Origin: Candidatus Bathyarchaeota archaeon
Lineage (GTDB): Archaea; Thermoproteota; Bathyarchaeia; Bathyarchaeales; Bathycorpusculaceae
Direction: 5' to 3'
Assembly (NCBI GenBank): GCA_963780185.1
Contig: CAWABA010000006.1
Coordinates: 640,001-704,000 of the forward strand
Length of the DNA stretch: 64,000 nt
This document shows, piece after piece, positions 28,365-39,885 of this stretch (its first letter is position 1; the number at the start of each line of letters is the position of its first letter). The position numbers were made by a program, and so were the translations under genes. The notes below the pieces were generated by a model, which had not been told where the DNA came from, did no database searches, and saw nothing but the letters and a program-made list of their open reading frames with translations.

Positions 28365-28702
28365 ATTGATTATGTTGGCAAAGTGTATTTTAGGTTATCT
28401 GAATATCCAGCTCTCACGATACAACAGCAATCTTCGGACATTAACCTCGACTTGCGATGTATTCTGGGTTCGGTATGTCTGCGCCGGATTTTTGGCATTT
28501 GTAGCTGCGGATTTTTTGCTGCAGCTTTGGCATCGGCTTTGATCACTGAGGTACCGCATTTAGGACATTACAAATCAACTTCCTTCTTGAGCTGGCGTTG
28601 CATCGGGCTTGTTGCGTGTTGCTTTTTGACTTTGGGGGCTGTAGAGGGTTCAGAATTTGAAGTGAGCGTAGGAACATCTGGGGAGAAATCTGCCGCTTCC
28701 GG

Positions 28703-29554
28703 CTAACGACTTCTTCGATGCCGTCTGTAAAGCAAACCTACGGTTAAGCACGCCGCCGCAGTTATGACAGCTGTAGCTACCGCCATGTTTGTGTTGCTGA
28801 AGAGTCCAGTTTTTGGCTTTTCAACGGTGAAGCTGACTGTTTGGCTCCCAACGTTTCCATAAGCGTCGTCCGCATAGATGATAAGGTTATGTAAACCACT
28901 GGGTAAGTTGGCAAGTGTGGTGTTTCCGTTGATGGCCACGTTGTTTTCTCCGTCAATGCTGTAACCTAACCAACGTACCTCTTTGTTAAGCGTAAAATTC
29001 AACGGAACCGTAGAAGAACAGACGCTATCATTTAACGGAGACACGACTGAAATCTTGGGAGAAGCCGTCACGGTAAAATTCACTGTGCTACTGCTTGATG
29101 TAAAAAAGAAATATTCTGTTCCTTCAGGAGTCTCCTCAGGTGTATCAGCGTAAGAACCGCAACCGTGAGCAACTATCTGTATTGTTTGATTGCCTTCTGG
29201 CACACCAGAAAACGTATTGTCATATTCAACGCTGATAGGGAAACGGCTTTGATTAAAAACAGTTACATCATCTGTCAACCAACTTGCCTTAAACGAAACG
29301 TCATATAATGTGTAAACGATTGTTCCCTTAGTGGGTAAGCTAACGGTGAATGCAACGGTCACGTTGGTTAAGTTATAGATGTGGTTGCTAATTGGAGAAG
29401 TTACATCGATTACGATTGGCTTAGCATCTGCTGGCGGGTCACCCCAAACGTAATTTTGGGCGTTTACAGGTCTGGCTTTTAAGCTAAAGCAAGATAACAA
29501 AAGAAATGAAAGAAAGATAACGAGCCTTATCTGCCCTCTGCTTATGTTGCCCAT
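28703..29554 (-). CDS. secreted Ig-like domain protein with C-terminal anchor
   Basis: Signal peptide, two SP..N...V.F / GxHxLxxYAxD units, C-terminal TM + RRHRR. Confidence 0.8.
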   Translation of the reverse strand: MGNISRGQIRLVIFLSFLLLSCFSLKARPVNAQNYVWGDPPADAKPIVIDVTSPISNHIYNLTNVTVAFTVSLPTKGTIVYTLYDVSFKASWLTDDVTVFNQSRFPISVEYDNTFSGVPEGNQTIQIVAHGCGSYADTPEETPEGTEYFFFTSSSSTVNFTVTASPKISVVSPLNDSVCSSTVPLNFTLNKEVRWLGYSIDGENNVAINGNTTLANLPSGLHNLIIYADDAYGNVGSQTVSFTVEKPKTGLFSNTNMAVATAVITAAACLTVGLLYRRHRRSR

Positions 29555-29643
29555 AGCCGCTCAGAACGATTTTTGTCTCTTACGAATAAAAGCGTTCTTG
29601 TATAGGTTTCTTGACAAAGCCTATGTCAAGGTTTCTTGACTTG

Positions 29644-30918
29644 TTACTGTATCTTTTCCGCCACTCTTTGAGGGGCACAACGGTTTGTTCCCGTTTCGCG
29701 AGGTTTTTGAGCGTGACTGCGCCTTCTTTGAGTTCGCGTTCGCCGACGATGACGGCGTAGTCCACTTTGCGTTTATCAGCATCCTCCAGCGCCTTGCCCA
29801 TCTTGCGCCCCATAACCTCAAACTCCACGGCAACACCTAAGCTGCCTAAGCTGCTGCGCGATTTTCAGCGCCTCAACTTTGAGGGCGTCGTTGACGGCGA
29901 GCACAAGAACCCGTTTTGCTTTCTCGCGCCTGCGACGTGCTTTTTGGGTTTCAAGCGCCAGTGCAATGCGGTCGATTCCATGTGCGCAGCCCACTGCGGG
30001 GGTTGGTTCGCCGCCGAACAGTTCAATTAGCCTGTCGTATCTGCCTCCGCCGCCTAACGCAATGTCCAATTCGGGAATGTAAATCTCAAAAATCATGCCT
30101 GTGTAGTATTCGAGTCCCCGTGCGAACGCGGGTTCAACAATTCTGGATGGGGCAGCCGCTTTCCACGACGAGTTTCACGATTTCGCCGAGGTTCTCCGCC
30201 GCAGCCTTCGCCTTCTCATACCCCGCCACGTAAGCCTTAATTTTCTCAACGGTTTCAAAGCAGTCGGCGCCCTTCAGATCAAGCAAACCCTCAAGCATAA
30301 TGCGGCATTTCTCCGTCGGCGCCAACTTGAACGCTTCCTCATACTCTTTTTTGTCCATGAGCTGCAGGATGGCGTTCTGGGTTTTTTCGTCGACGGCCTC
30401 TTGGCTCAGGATTCCTCGGACGACGCCGATATGGCCGATTTTAAATGCGTAACCCCGCAGCCCAGCGATTTCATGACGTTGTCTGTTAGCAATACGATTT
30501 CGGCGTCGGCTTCAGGTCGGTTGCGAACCCATCAACTCGAAGTTCGACTGGTAAAACTCGCGGTACCTGCCCTTCTGCGGCTCATCGTAGCGGTAGACGC
30601 TGCCTGCGCTGAAAAGAGGCGGAGCGGTTTAGGCTCGCTTCTGAGTGCGGTGGTGGCTAGCCGCGCGATTGATGCGGTGAATTCGGGTCGCAACGCCACT
30701 TGTCGGTCGCCGAGGTCTTTGAATATGAACATGCGTTGGCGGATTTCCTCGCCTGACTTGGCGCTTAGAAGCTCAAAAGACTCTACGACGGGTGTGATGA
30801 CTTCTTTGTAACCGTAAAGCAGGGCTGTTTCCCTGGCTTTGCTGATGATGCCTGTGAAGGCTTGGGCTTCTTCGCCGAGCAAATCGCGCATTCCGCGAAC
30901 AGTCTGGAAAGAGGGCAT
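29644..30918 (-). CDS. hisS: histidine--tRNA ligase, broken by several frameshifts (probable sequencing errors)
   Basis: [43 protein letters not shown] in successive frames. Confidence 0.9.
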
Positions 30919-31033
30919 AGCGTATTCTCCTTTGCTTAAGATGATGTAATTATTCTTTTAAACTCTCGCTCACCTGTAAGTCAATTAGGAAGTTTTAAAT
31001 GCAGCGTCTATCCCACTCAGTATTGGTGGGAAA

Positions 31034-31288
31034 ATGCAAGCGCAAGAACAATTTACCGTTAAAATGGACTCAAAAGGCAGAATCTGCATCCCAGCAGAAA
31101 TAAGAGAAGAAATCGGAGACACCGCCACCATTAAAAAAACCCCCAAAGGCTACCTCTTAGTTCCAGGCAAACGCGAGGATTTTCTGGAAGAATTCCGCAA
31201 GGTAATCACCTCTAAGCATCGTAGAACAGGCAAGCCTGAAAATTGGTCTCCCGAAAAAATGAAGTCCATTTGGAGCAAAACTGAATGA
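31034..31288 (+). CDS. AbrB/MazE-family antitoxin
   Basis: VKMDSKGRICIPAEIRE. Confidence 0.85.
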   Translation: MQAQEQFTVKMDSKGRICIPAEIREEIGDTATIKKTPKGYLLVPGKREDFLEEFRKVITSKHRRTGKPENWSPEKMKSIWSKTE

Positions 31289-31751
31289 TTATTGGCTTAG
31301 ACTGCCAACATCATCTGCTATGCCCTTGACGAAAATTACCCTGAAAATGAAAAACTCGAGGTAACTTGTTTTTCACTTTATCTCCTGACAATAGGATTGC
31401 CCTAAACCCAACAACGCTCCATGAGGCATACCATACATTGGTTTATAGCCAGAAATGGATTTCCAGAGGACGCTGCCAAGGAATTAAAATTACTGCTCAA
31501 GCATCGAATACACTGTATTTTTTAACCAAACAAGAAAAAACTGCACCATAGCCCTCAACTTATCTGTCCATTATAAGATGGGCGGAAGAGACGCCCTCAT
31601 CATAGCCAACTTCGTAGCAAACAAAATACCGCTCATGTACACTCATGACAAAGAGATTCTAAAAATATGAAAAATCACATGGAAAAAAAGTAGTTTAACA
31701 TTCAAGGATCCGCTAACTGAAAACCAAAGAATCCTGAAATCGGGAACATAA
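31285..31751 (+). pseudogene. PIN-domain toxin, frameshifted
   Basis: MIIGLD/ANIICYALD, TTLHEAYHTL, GGRDALIIAN, YTHDKE in different frames; ATGA overlap with the antitoxin. Confidence 0.75.
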
Positions 31752-32182
31752 AAAAATAGGGAAAAGTGTATTTGGCGGGTCAAAGCACGTTTCGGCTCAG
31801 ACGCGCAGGGGTCTTGTGTTTGGGCTAAGTAGCCTCCGTGTCTTGCCAATGTTGACCCAGCCAAACGTTTTCCCTCTAAGGGGCGTTTTTCCCGTTTTAG
31901 TTGTAGCGGAATCTTTGGATAAAGGGGTTTTTGATGGTTTTTTTGTACTTCGAAGTTTAAGAAAATTAATCGCGCAAAAAAACAATGGCAGCTAGAGGAG
32001 AGAAGCCGACTTGCCATGGTAAATTCACGTTTTTATGGGATGACTGCTGCGAAAATAAGGCTATTACGTTTATTTTTGCTGCGTGCAAGTGCCGATTTTT
32101 ATGCTGTATTATAGAATTTTTGGCAAGCCGTTTTCGAATCACAGTCGAAGGCTGGATTTCATGAAAAAACTGGATCAACATC

Positions 32183-32987
32183 TCATGGCTTGTGCGCTTC
32201 GGCTTCTATACGCATCATTCCAACGTGAACTGTGCCTTCGGCGTCGGGAGGGTGCCTTTTGAGGTAGCGGTCAACTATTTCTTGGACGAATTTCGCTCTG
32301 AAGTTCAGCGGGTAGCCTGTCGGTGAAGGGGAGCCATGTTGTGCGTACCCATCCAGCTAAGCCTTCTGCGCCGTTGTGCTTCATGTCTTTGGGGAAAAGC
32401 TCGACCCGTTCAGCAACCAAGCCTGCTTCTTTCAGGAAAGCGCTGTACTCTTCGGGGTCGTAGAAGCCGTAGGGAAACGCCATGTTGTCAAAGAAGCCTT
32501 TCCAAGGCTCCACATCCTCCAAGCTCGTTTATGATGTTTAGTACGTCTTTGGCGTTGCCTTTGCCAGCCATCTGAAACAGCAACCTGCCGCAGGGCTTCA
32601 GGCTTCTTTGAACGCCCGCCAAGGACAGCTTTTTGGTCAACAATCCAATGCAATGCGGCATTAGAGAAAGCCACGTCAAATTCTGATTGGAAAGTCAATT
32701 TCCTTGCATCCATCACTTGAAAAGACAGGTTCGGAAAATCTTTCTGCGGGAAGCTGGTTTTTGCCAGGTTTATCATTTTTTGTGAGCTGTCCACGCCGAC
32801 TGCTCTGCCGTAGGGATAGGCACCGTGCGAGTTCCGCCGTGATTTTTCCGTCTCCGCAGCCGATGTCCAGCAACGCTTCGTTTCCTCGAAGTTTCAGTTT
32901 CGGTATGAGTTCTTTTGCCCATTGGAACTGGTTTTGGCTGTTTTTGGCGTAGTCTTGGGCGTTCCAGTTGTATGGTTGGTTTGCCAT
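32183..32987 (-). CDS. class I SAM-dependent methyltransferase (Tam-like), frameshifted
   Basis: WNAQDYAKNS, LLDIGCGDGKIT, FSNAALHW, GWVRTTWLP across frames. Confidence 0.82.
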
Positions 32988-33000
32988 GTTTTGCGCCTGC

Positions 33001-33578
33001 TTACTTGAATGCCATCTGCGAGACGGAGTAGTAGACGATTTCGCCTCTGCGGTTCATGACGGCGAGGACCATCTCTTTCTTTTGGCTTTGGCATTGCCGC
33101 AGTGCATCTGCCATCTGGTTTATGCCGAGGGGTTTGCCTTCTTGAATGCTAAGCACCAGGTAGGGTGCTGTGTCTTTTCCGTAGGCTCCGCGTTCGTAAA
33201 CTCGAAAGTCAATTCCGCCGCCGAAACCTTCCCGCGCCACGTATCCTCGGCTTCTCAGGTCGCGGTAAACGATGTAGCTGACCCAGGCGTTCTCGTTGAC
33301 GGCTTCGTAGCAGCGCAGAGGTCTTGGAAATTCATGGCTTTGCCTTTTTCGCCTTCCACTTCCAGCATGCCCTTATCCGCAAGATACAATGCCTCAAAAA
33401 AGGTGAGCGTGAAAACCTTATCCTCCGACGTGCCGTATCCCCGTTGGGTAAGCGCGTCGATGCTGCTTTGCTCAGCTACCACTATGCCTTTTTTGCGAGG
33501 ATGCCGCTGGTTCGGAATTCTGGAGACGGAGTTTTTTTGTTCTCGGTCATGAGTTAAATCAACCGTAATAGACTCCAT
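33001..33578 (-). CDS. endA: tRNA-intron endonuclease, frameshifted
   Basis: RGYG...LTFFEALYL..KG, YRDLRSRGY, GFGGGIDFRVYERG, RRGEIVYY. Confidence 0.85.
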
Positions 33579-33724
33579 TTTAGGGTTGTTGGCTCTTTAA
33601 CGTTATGCTGGGCAAAACCCATTTTTTCGGCTGCTATAAGAAAACTGATAAATGGGTTCTGGAATAACTAGTGTTGGGTGTCAATTTGGTTTCTGAAAGA
33701 GTAACACATTTTCTTGGATGTCAG

Positions 33725-34983
33725 ATGGCTACCTCTAATTCCGTGAAACTGCACAAACTAAGAAAGTTCATCGCATCGATGTCAACTAAAGAGGCAAGGG
33801 GATTGGAGTTCGTCTCGCTCTACATACCTCAGAGACTTCAGTGGATAACGTTGTGGCAAACCTCAAGTGCGAGCTTGAATCCGCAGCCGCAAAACCTGAC
33901 GGAGCAAGGGACGTTAGGAATCGTCTTGAAGACGCCTTCAAAAACGTAATCCAGCGTCTGAGGCTGCAGAAGGAAATTCCTGAGAACGGGCTCGCATTTT
34001 TTGCAGGAACTTACGTCGCCGGTGGGTCAGGAAACGAAGTTTTAAACGTTGAGGAACTTGCCCCGCCCGAGCCAGTTGCGACCTATCTTTACGAGGTTGA
34101 CAACCATTTCCATTTAGAGCCGCTCAGAGAAATGTTAAGAAGCCAAAAGGTTGTGGGGCTTATCGCTATGGGTTCCAAGGAGGCTAGCTTCGGCGTAGCC
34201 AATGGTGAACGCTTCGAATTTCTCGAAGATATTACGTCGGGGATTCCTGGGAAGTCGGGGAAGGGCGGGTCAAGCCAAAGACGCTACGAGAGAGAACGCG
34301 ACATGGAAGTCACATACTTTTTCCATCGAATTGCAGAGCACGCAGCAAAGGAGTTTCTTGAAAACAACAAAGTCACTGCCTTGGCAGTGGGAGGACCGGG
34401 ACAAACGAAACAGGATTTTTTGAATGGCGATTTCCTTCATTACGAGCTAAAGAACGCACTCCTAAGCGTAGTCGACACGCAATCGGTCGGCAAAGAAGGG
34501 GTGCGAGAGGTGCTTGAAAAATCTTCTGAAACAGTGAAGAATATGTGTGCGCCCGAGGAGAAGATGGTTGTTCAACGGCTTTTGGCGGAGATGAACAAAC
34601 AAAGCGGTTTAGCCACTTACGGACTGGATTCGGTGTTGACGGCGCTTAAGGCGGGTGAAGCCGAAGTTGCATTGGTGACAGATTGCACAGATGTGATGGA
34701 AATTGTTGCGGTTTGCCAGAAATGCGGAAATTCAAAAGCCAAGATTGCGCGTAAAGCAGAGAGCAGTCAAGCTATGCAGGAAATAAGGTCAAGCCCCTGC
34801 GAGAGGTGCCGCGGAATTGAATACGTGGTGGAGGAAAAAGACATGGTGGATGTTTTGGAGGATTTGGCTTCGCAGACAAACGCGACAGTTGAAGTGATAT
34901 CTACAGAATCGGAAGAAAAAGCAAAGCTCGCGGCTTTGGGAGGTTTTGCCGCCCTCTTAAGATACAAACCAAAAGTCACCTGA
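33725..34983 (+). CDS. aRF1/eRF1-like paralogue lacking NIKS and GGQ; frameshift near 33830
   Basis: EFVSLYIP, PENGLAFFAG, FHLEPLREML, GKGGSSQRRYER, VGGPG.TK, Zn ribbon, LGGFAALLRY. Confidence 0.85.
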
Positions 34984-35046
34984 GCAAAACCGCCAAAACC
35001 TTTTCCGCAGGTTATCCGCAAACAACCCAGCTATGGTGACGCATGT

Positions 35047-36091
35047 TCACTTGGCTGGCTTTGTTTTCTTGAATTTGCCGTAGTCTTTGGGGTAGTAGAC
35101 TTGGGTTTCGCAGATTATCGCTGACACGTACTTTAGGGGTGTTATGTCGAAGGCGGGGTTCATGACTTTAACGCCGTCAGGGGCAATTTGTACCGAGCCG
35201 ACATGGGTAACTTCTTCGGGTTTGCGTTCCTCAATAACCACGTCCGCCGCCTTGTGCAGGTAGGTCGAAAGTAGATTTCGGCGCCGCCACATAAAATGGA
35301 ATCCCGTGTTCATGCGCCAGCACCGCCACGCTGTAAGTGCCAATTTTGTTGACAACGGCGTCTTGGACGATTCGGTCTGAGCCCACGATGACTTTGTCGA
35401 CGAGACCTTTGCTCATGACGTAGCCCGCCATGTTGTCCGTTATCAAAGTCACAGGTATCCCGTCCCGCATAAGCTCGTAAGCTGTGAGCCTTGCGCCTTG
35501 AAGCAGCGGGCGGGTTTCGTCAGCGATTACGCGGATTTTTTTGCCTTCTTCCCAAGCCGCGCGGATGACCCCCAATGCGGTGCCGTATTCCACGGTCGCC
35601 AACTCGCCCGCGTTGCAATGAGTCAAAATCGTGTCGCCGTCCGCTATGAGCACGGAGCCGTTTTTGCCGATGGCACGGTTCTGCGCCGCGTCTTCGTCGG
35701 CAATTTTCTGCGCCTCCAAAATAACCGCTTGCTTGACGGCTTCAACGTTGCCAGTTTCGCTTCGCGCTTTGCTAAGAACGCGGTCTACGCCCCAGAACAG
35801 GTTTACGGCGGTGGGACGCTGCCGCTTGATGATTGCGCCTGCATCTTCAAGCTCAACGAGCAGTTTTTCTCGGCTTTGCGCCTTTGAATGGTAAGCTGCC
35901 AAGGCGACGCCGAAGCCTGCCGCTGCACCCAGCAGTGGGGCGCCTCTGACTCGCAGTGTTTTTATGGCTTCAGCCATCTGCTCGACGGTTTTGATTTCCA
36001 AAATGACTTCTTGTAGGGGAAGTTTGGTTTGGTCGGGTGTGATTACTGTCCCGTTTTGCCACTTTATCATCCGCATGTTTCTTGACTCCAA
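35047..36091 (-). CDS. mtnA: S-methyl-5-thioribose-1-phosphate isomerase (eIF-2B family), frameshift near 35262
   Basis: DQTKLP, VRGAP, RPTAVNL, LTHCNAGELAT..YGTALG, ETRPLLQGARLT, NKIGTY, NPAFDITP. Confidence 0.9.
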
Positions 36092-36141
36092 ATGAATAGT
36101 ATTTGCCTAGTTGTTCGGATAATGTTAAAGATTTTCTGTAG

Positions 36142-36531
36142 CTAATTCTGGGTCCGTTGAACCAAGTCGTAGAGGTTGCCGTAAAGGTCTTCGAAAACCA
36201 CGTCGACACCGTACATTTGCTGAGTTGGGACGCCGTAGAATTTGACACCTTTCGCCTTCAATGCTTCGTAGTCTCGTCGACAATCGTCCGTCTGCAAAGT
36301 CAAAAAAACATGGTCGCCAGCCTGCTTCCCCAACGCTTTCCGCTTCACTTCAGTGTTGGCTAAAACAAAAGTTAACTCAAGGTCAGACTGGTCTTTGGGC
36401 GAAACAGTAACCCAACGCATGCCGCCCCCGAAATTATCGTCCCGTCTTTTTTGGAACCCCAACTTTTCAATATAGAAAGCTATTGCTTCATCAAAATCCT
36501 TCACTAACAAGGTAACGTGACCTATTTTCAT
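36142..36531 (-). CDS. VOC/glyoxalase family protein
   Basis: HVTLLVKDFDEAIAFY..KLGF, FEDLYGNLYDL. Confidence 0.9.
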   Translation of the reverse strand: MKIGHVTLLVKDFDEAIAFYIEKLGFQKRRDDNFGGGMRWVTVSPKDQSDLELTFVLANTEVKRKALGKQAGDHVFLTLQTDDCRRDYEALKAKGVKFYGVPTQQMYGVDVVFEDLYGNLYDLVQRTQN

Positions 36532-36602
36532 GCCATCCGCTCCTGAAATCTTCGAAGATGGAAAGAAAATGTTTGCCTAAGCATATAAGCTTAAGCGGGG
36601 GT

Positions 36603-37355
36603 TTATGCGGAGTTGTCGAATGGGGATTTTAGGTTTGTGACGACTTCGACGGGTGATTCTTCGCCTGACTTTAGCCGTTTTTTCCATTCTTCCCCGACTG
36701 CGATTAGCGAGAAGATGCCTGAAACTTCAGCTTTGGACTTCTTCACAAGGGTAACGAGCGCTTCTTGGGTTTCGCCGCTTTTAATCATGTCGTCTACGAT
36801 GAGCACGCTGTCGCGTTTTTTGATGGCTTCTTTTGGGATGTAGAGGGTGACGGTTACGCCTGAATCCCGCCCTAAAATGTAGGTTTCGTCTAGGAAGGCT
36901 TTAACGCCGACTTCCTTGTTGCGTTTGGCAACGATAAGGTTTACGCCAAGCGCGTTGGCAACCATGGTGGCTAACGGGATGCCGTCTACTGCGGCGGTTA
37001 AGACTTTGGTGACACGTTTTCCCGCGAAGTTTGCGAGGGCGTGGTTGGCGGCTTGCTGCAGGATGTTGTAGTCGCCGACGATTTCTGTGTTGTCAAAGTA
37101 GCCTGCGTCGTCGAATTTTATTCTGCTGCGTAATTCAGCTTCTAAGCCGACCATTTTGTTTAGGACTCGCCATAGCTGTTTGGCTCTTGCGGTGTTTGGC
37201 AGTACGTGTCCTTTTGCATAGCGACTTAGAACAGTGACGGGCAGGTCGGTTTTTGAGGCTAATTCACGGTAGGTGATGTTTCGTTTGTATTTTGCTGTTC
37301 GAAGCAGTTCAATGGTCATTAATCGTAGTTTCAAATCTTCTGCGTGAGTGCTCAA
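36603..37355 (-). CDS. HTH + phosphoribosyltransferase domain protein (archaeal PurR/Apt-like)
   Basis: TYRELA...VLSRYAKGHVLP; VLTAAVDGIPLA; VLIVDDMIKSGET. Confidence 0.88.
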   Translation of the reverse strand: MSTHAEDLKLRLMTIELLRTAKYKRNITYRELASKTDLPVTVLSRYAKGHVLPNTARAKQLWRVLNKMVGLEAELRSRIKFDDAGYFDNTEIVGDYNILQQAANHALANFAGKRVTKVLTAAVDGIPLATMVANALGVNLIVAKRNKEVGVKAFLDETYILGRDSGVTVTLYIPKEAIKKRDSVLIVDDMIKSGETQEALVTLVKKSKAEVSGIFSLIAVGEEWKKRLKSGEESPVEVVTNLKSPFDNSA

Positions 37356-37543
37356 ACCTTATCCCCTATTTTGTACATTTATAAGTTAATTAATCGACGT
37401 TTAGTTACTATCGCAGCGATACAATTTATGGGTTTCTGTCTATAAGAGGCACTGCATGAATCCACATGCCTAAAAAAGTGCAGAAAGACACAAGACAGCA
37501 TACTTAGGCGCCTTTACATTAAACTTTTTAGACACCGCGCCAA

Positions 37544-38113
37544 GTGCTATACCAAAGGGGAAGATTCACGCAGAGGCTCAACCGACTATTCATAACCGCG
37601 CTTTTCGGCTCAATAATCTTCGTCGTCAACGCTTTTCTGCCGCCCCCCATAAACTATGTGCTAATAGTAGTCCAAGCAGTCATCCTCGCCCTAAGCGCGT
37701 TGTTCGTCAAAAGATTGGGCGCAACCTACGTCGGAGCAGTCGGCGGACTCCTGTCGGCGCTTTGGAATCCAGCGTTGGGTCCTTTCACCTTTGTTTTCGC
37801 AACTCTTTTCGGCGTTTTCGTCGACGGGTTCATATTCATCTTCAGAATCCAGGCTTCAAGCGAAGGCGTGAACCGTAACAGGCTGATAGCCGCAATGGCG
37901 TTTGCCACGATGCTTATCGGGTTAGCAAGCTATTCGGCGTTTGCTGTTTTTCCACAGTTCGTTCCTTTTGCCAAGGGACTCTTCGGTTTATTCATCGAAA
38001 GAAGCGCGATGCTTGATTTTCTTGTCCTGTTTATGGGTCCAGCTACAGGTATCGTTGCGGGTTACGCCGCCGCTTACCTGTGGAACAAGTACCTGAGGCA
38101 CATCCACGTCTAA
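37544..38113 (+). CDS. integral membrane protein (ECF S-component-like)
   Basis: 5-6 TM helices, GATYVGAVGGLL. Confidence 0.65.
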   Translation: MLYQRGRFTQRLNRLFITALFGSIIFVVNAFLPPPINYVLIVVQAVILALSALFVKRLGATYVGAVGGLLSALWNPALGPFTFVFATLFGVFVDGFIFIFRIQASSEGVNRNRLIAAMAFATMLIGLASYSAFAVFPQFVPFAKGLFGLFIERSAMLDFLVLFMGPATGIVAGYAAAYLWNKYLRHIHV

Positions 38114-38379
38114 ACGCCTAGCTGTTTTATTTTTTCGTCAACCAACTGAGCAATCATCAAATTGGAGACAAAAACGCATTTCACACCAAGCAACTGCGCC
38201 AGCTCAGCAGGCTTCTGGTCCTCCGTTACCAGGAGCAAATTGTGTTTCCCAGCATACTCTACGATTTCACGGTCTTTAGCGGCCTTCAAGCCTGCCTCGT
38301 GGGCAGTCAGCACCTCGTAGCCTAAACTCTCAAAATATTCTTTGAGACCTGTGTACATCTCATCCAGCAATAACTTCAT
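38110..38379 (-). CDS. DUF5615/Mut7-C-type PIN-like protein
   Basis: KLLLDEM...GL..AKDREI..YA....LVTED. Confidence 0.8.
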   Translation of the reverse strand: MKLLLDEMYTGLKEYFESLGYEVLTAHEAGLKAAKDREIVEYAGKHNLLLVTEDQKPAELAQLLGVKCVFVSNLMIAQLVDEKIKQLGV

Positions 38380-38520
38380 GCGCTAACCCATTTCAGTTTC
38401 CGCGCCAAATTATTTAGCCTTTCCTAACCACTAGCATCGCATGTGCTAGGCGGACACGCAATAATTTTAAGCAACATGCTTCTAGCAATTCAGTCAGCGA
38501 TTGCGTTTGATGTGATGCAA

Positions 38521-39885
38521 ATGACCAAGCTGTTTGGAAGTTCAGGTGTTAGGGGTCTGGTGAACGTTGATTTGACGCCCCAGTTAGCGTGCAAGGTCGG
38601 CTTAGCCGTAGCCACGTACTCCAAAGCCAAAAAAACCGTGGTCGCCTGTGACACGCGGGTTTCCGGCGGCATGCTGCAGGATGCGTTGGTTTCAGGTTTG
38701 CTTTCAAGCGGTTCAGACGTCTATTTAGCCGACATCGTTCCAACGCCCGCTTTAGCCTACGTTACCCGAGCGTTGGGGGCAAACGCGGGATTCATGCTTA
38801 CAGCTTCACATAATCCGCCTCAGTACAATGGGATAAAAGTGTTCAAACCTGACAGCCTATCGTACACTGACATGGATCAAGACGCCGTCGAAAAAAAAGT
38901 ATCAGACGGCACCTACGCCCGGGCTGATTGGCAGAAACTTGGCAAAACCATCCCCGTCAACGCAAGCCAAATCTACCTGGAAATGGCTTCCAAAGCCGTC
39001 AAGCTCAAGCGACATTGGCGCGTCATCGTTGACCCTGGATGCGGCGCCACCTTCAACGTTGCCCCCACATTACTCAAAGCCTTAGGCTGCAAAATCACCG
39101 CGCTTAATGCTCAAGCCGACGGATATTTCCCAGCCAGAAAATCCGAACCCACCGCCGAATCGCTCAAAGATTTAGCCAGCATCGTCAAGGCGCTTGGGGC
39201 GGATGTCGGAGTGGCTTTCGACGGAGACGGTGACCGAGTGGCATTTGTCGATGAGAAGGGCGAGTTCGCGAATTTTGATCGTTCGTTAGCTGGGTACGCC
39301 GCTTACGCGCTCAAGCAGGGTGGCGGCGGAACGGTTGTAACCAATGTTGAGGCTTCTATGTGTGTTGAAACGATGGCGCAGAAGCAGGGCGGCAAAGTCA
39401 TCCGCACCAAAGTTGGAGACATCTACGTTTCCGAAGCCATAAAGCAGTCAGGCGCGGTTTTCGGCGGCGAACCCTGCGGCGCATGGGTACACCCCAAACT
39501 TCACTTTTGCCCCGACGGACCCCTCTCGGCAGCACTTATGCTAAAAGCTCTGGAGGACACGGGTCAAACCTTGAGCCAATTCATAGATGCCGTGCCCGAG
39601 TACATAACCCAGCGAAAAAACATTTCAGTCAAGAACGAACAAAAATACAAGACGATTGCAAAACTGGAGTCAGCCCTGAAGGCGACGTTTCCTGATTACA
39701 CGGATTTCTCGACGGTAGACGGCGTTCGGCTGGCGCTTAAGCATGGGTGGCTTCTGGTTCGGGCTTCTGGAACGGAGCCGCTTATCCGCTTAACTGTTGA
39801 AGGAGAATCCACGGCAGTGGCAAACGATATAACCCAAAAGGCTACTGCATTAATACGTAAGCAAGTTGAGGCTGAAGTGACATGA
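38521..39885 (+). CDS. glmM: phosphoglucosamine mutase
   Basis: LFGSSGVRG, TASHNPPQYNG, FDGDGDR, VRASGTEP; coupled to glmU. Confidence 0.9.
   Translation: MTKLFGSSGVRGLVNVDLTPQLACKVGLAVATYSKAKKTVVACDTRVSGGMLQDALVSGLLSSGSDVYLADIVPTPALAYVTRALGANAGFMLTASHNPPQYNGIKVFKPDSLSYTDMDQDAVEKKVSDGTYARADWQKLGKTIPVNASQIYLEMASKAVKLKRHWRVIVDPGCGATFNVAPTLLKALGCKITALNAQADGYFPARKSEPTAESLKDLASIVKALGADVGVAFDGDGDRVAFVDEKGEFANFDRSLAGYAAYALKQGGGGTVVTNVEASMCVETMAQKQGGKVIRTKVGDIYVSEAIKQSGAVFGGEPCGAWVHPKLHFCPDGPLSAALMLKALEDTGQTLSQFIDAVPEYITQRKNISVKNEQKYKTIAKLESALKATFPDYTDFSTVDGVRLALKHGWLLVRASGTEPLIRLTVEGESTAVANDITQKATALIRKQVEAEVT

Noticed and set aside
31752-32182. Overlapping minus-strand ORFs in this spacer
   Set aside because: Low-complexity, no motifs; no convincing repeat or structure found
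29644-35270. Programmed frameshifting in hisS, endA or aRF1
   Set aside because: Multiple indels per gene with no consistent slippery sites; sequencing error is the simpler explanation
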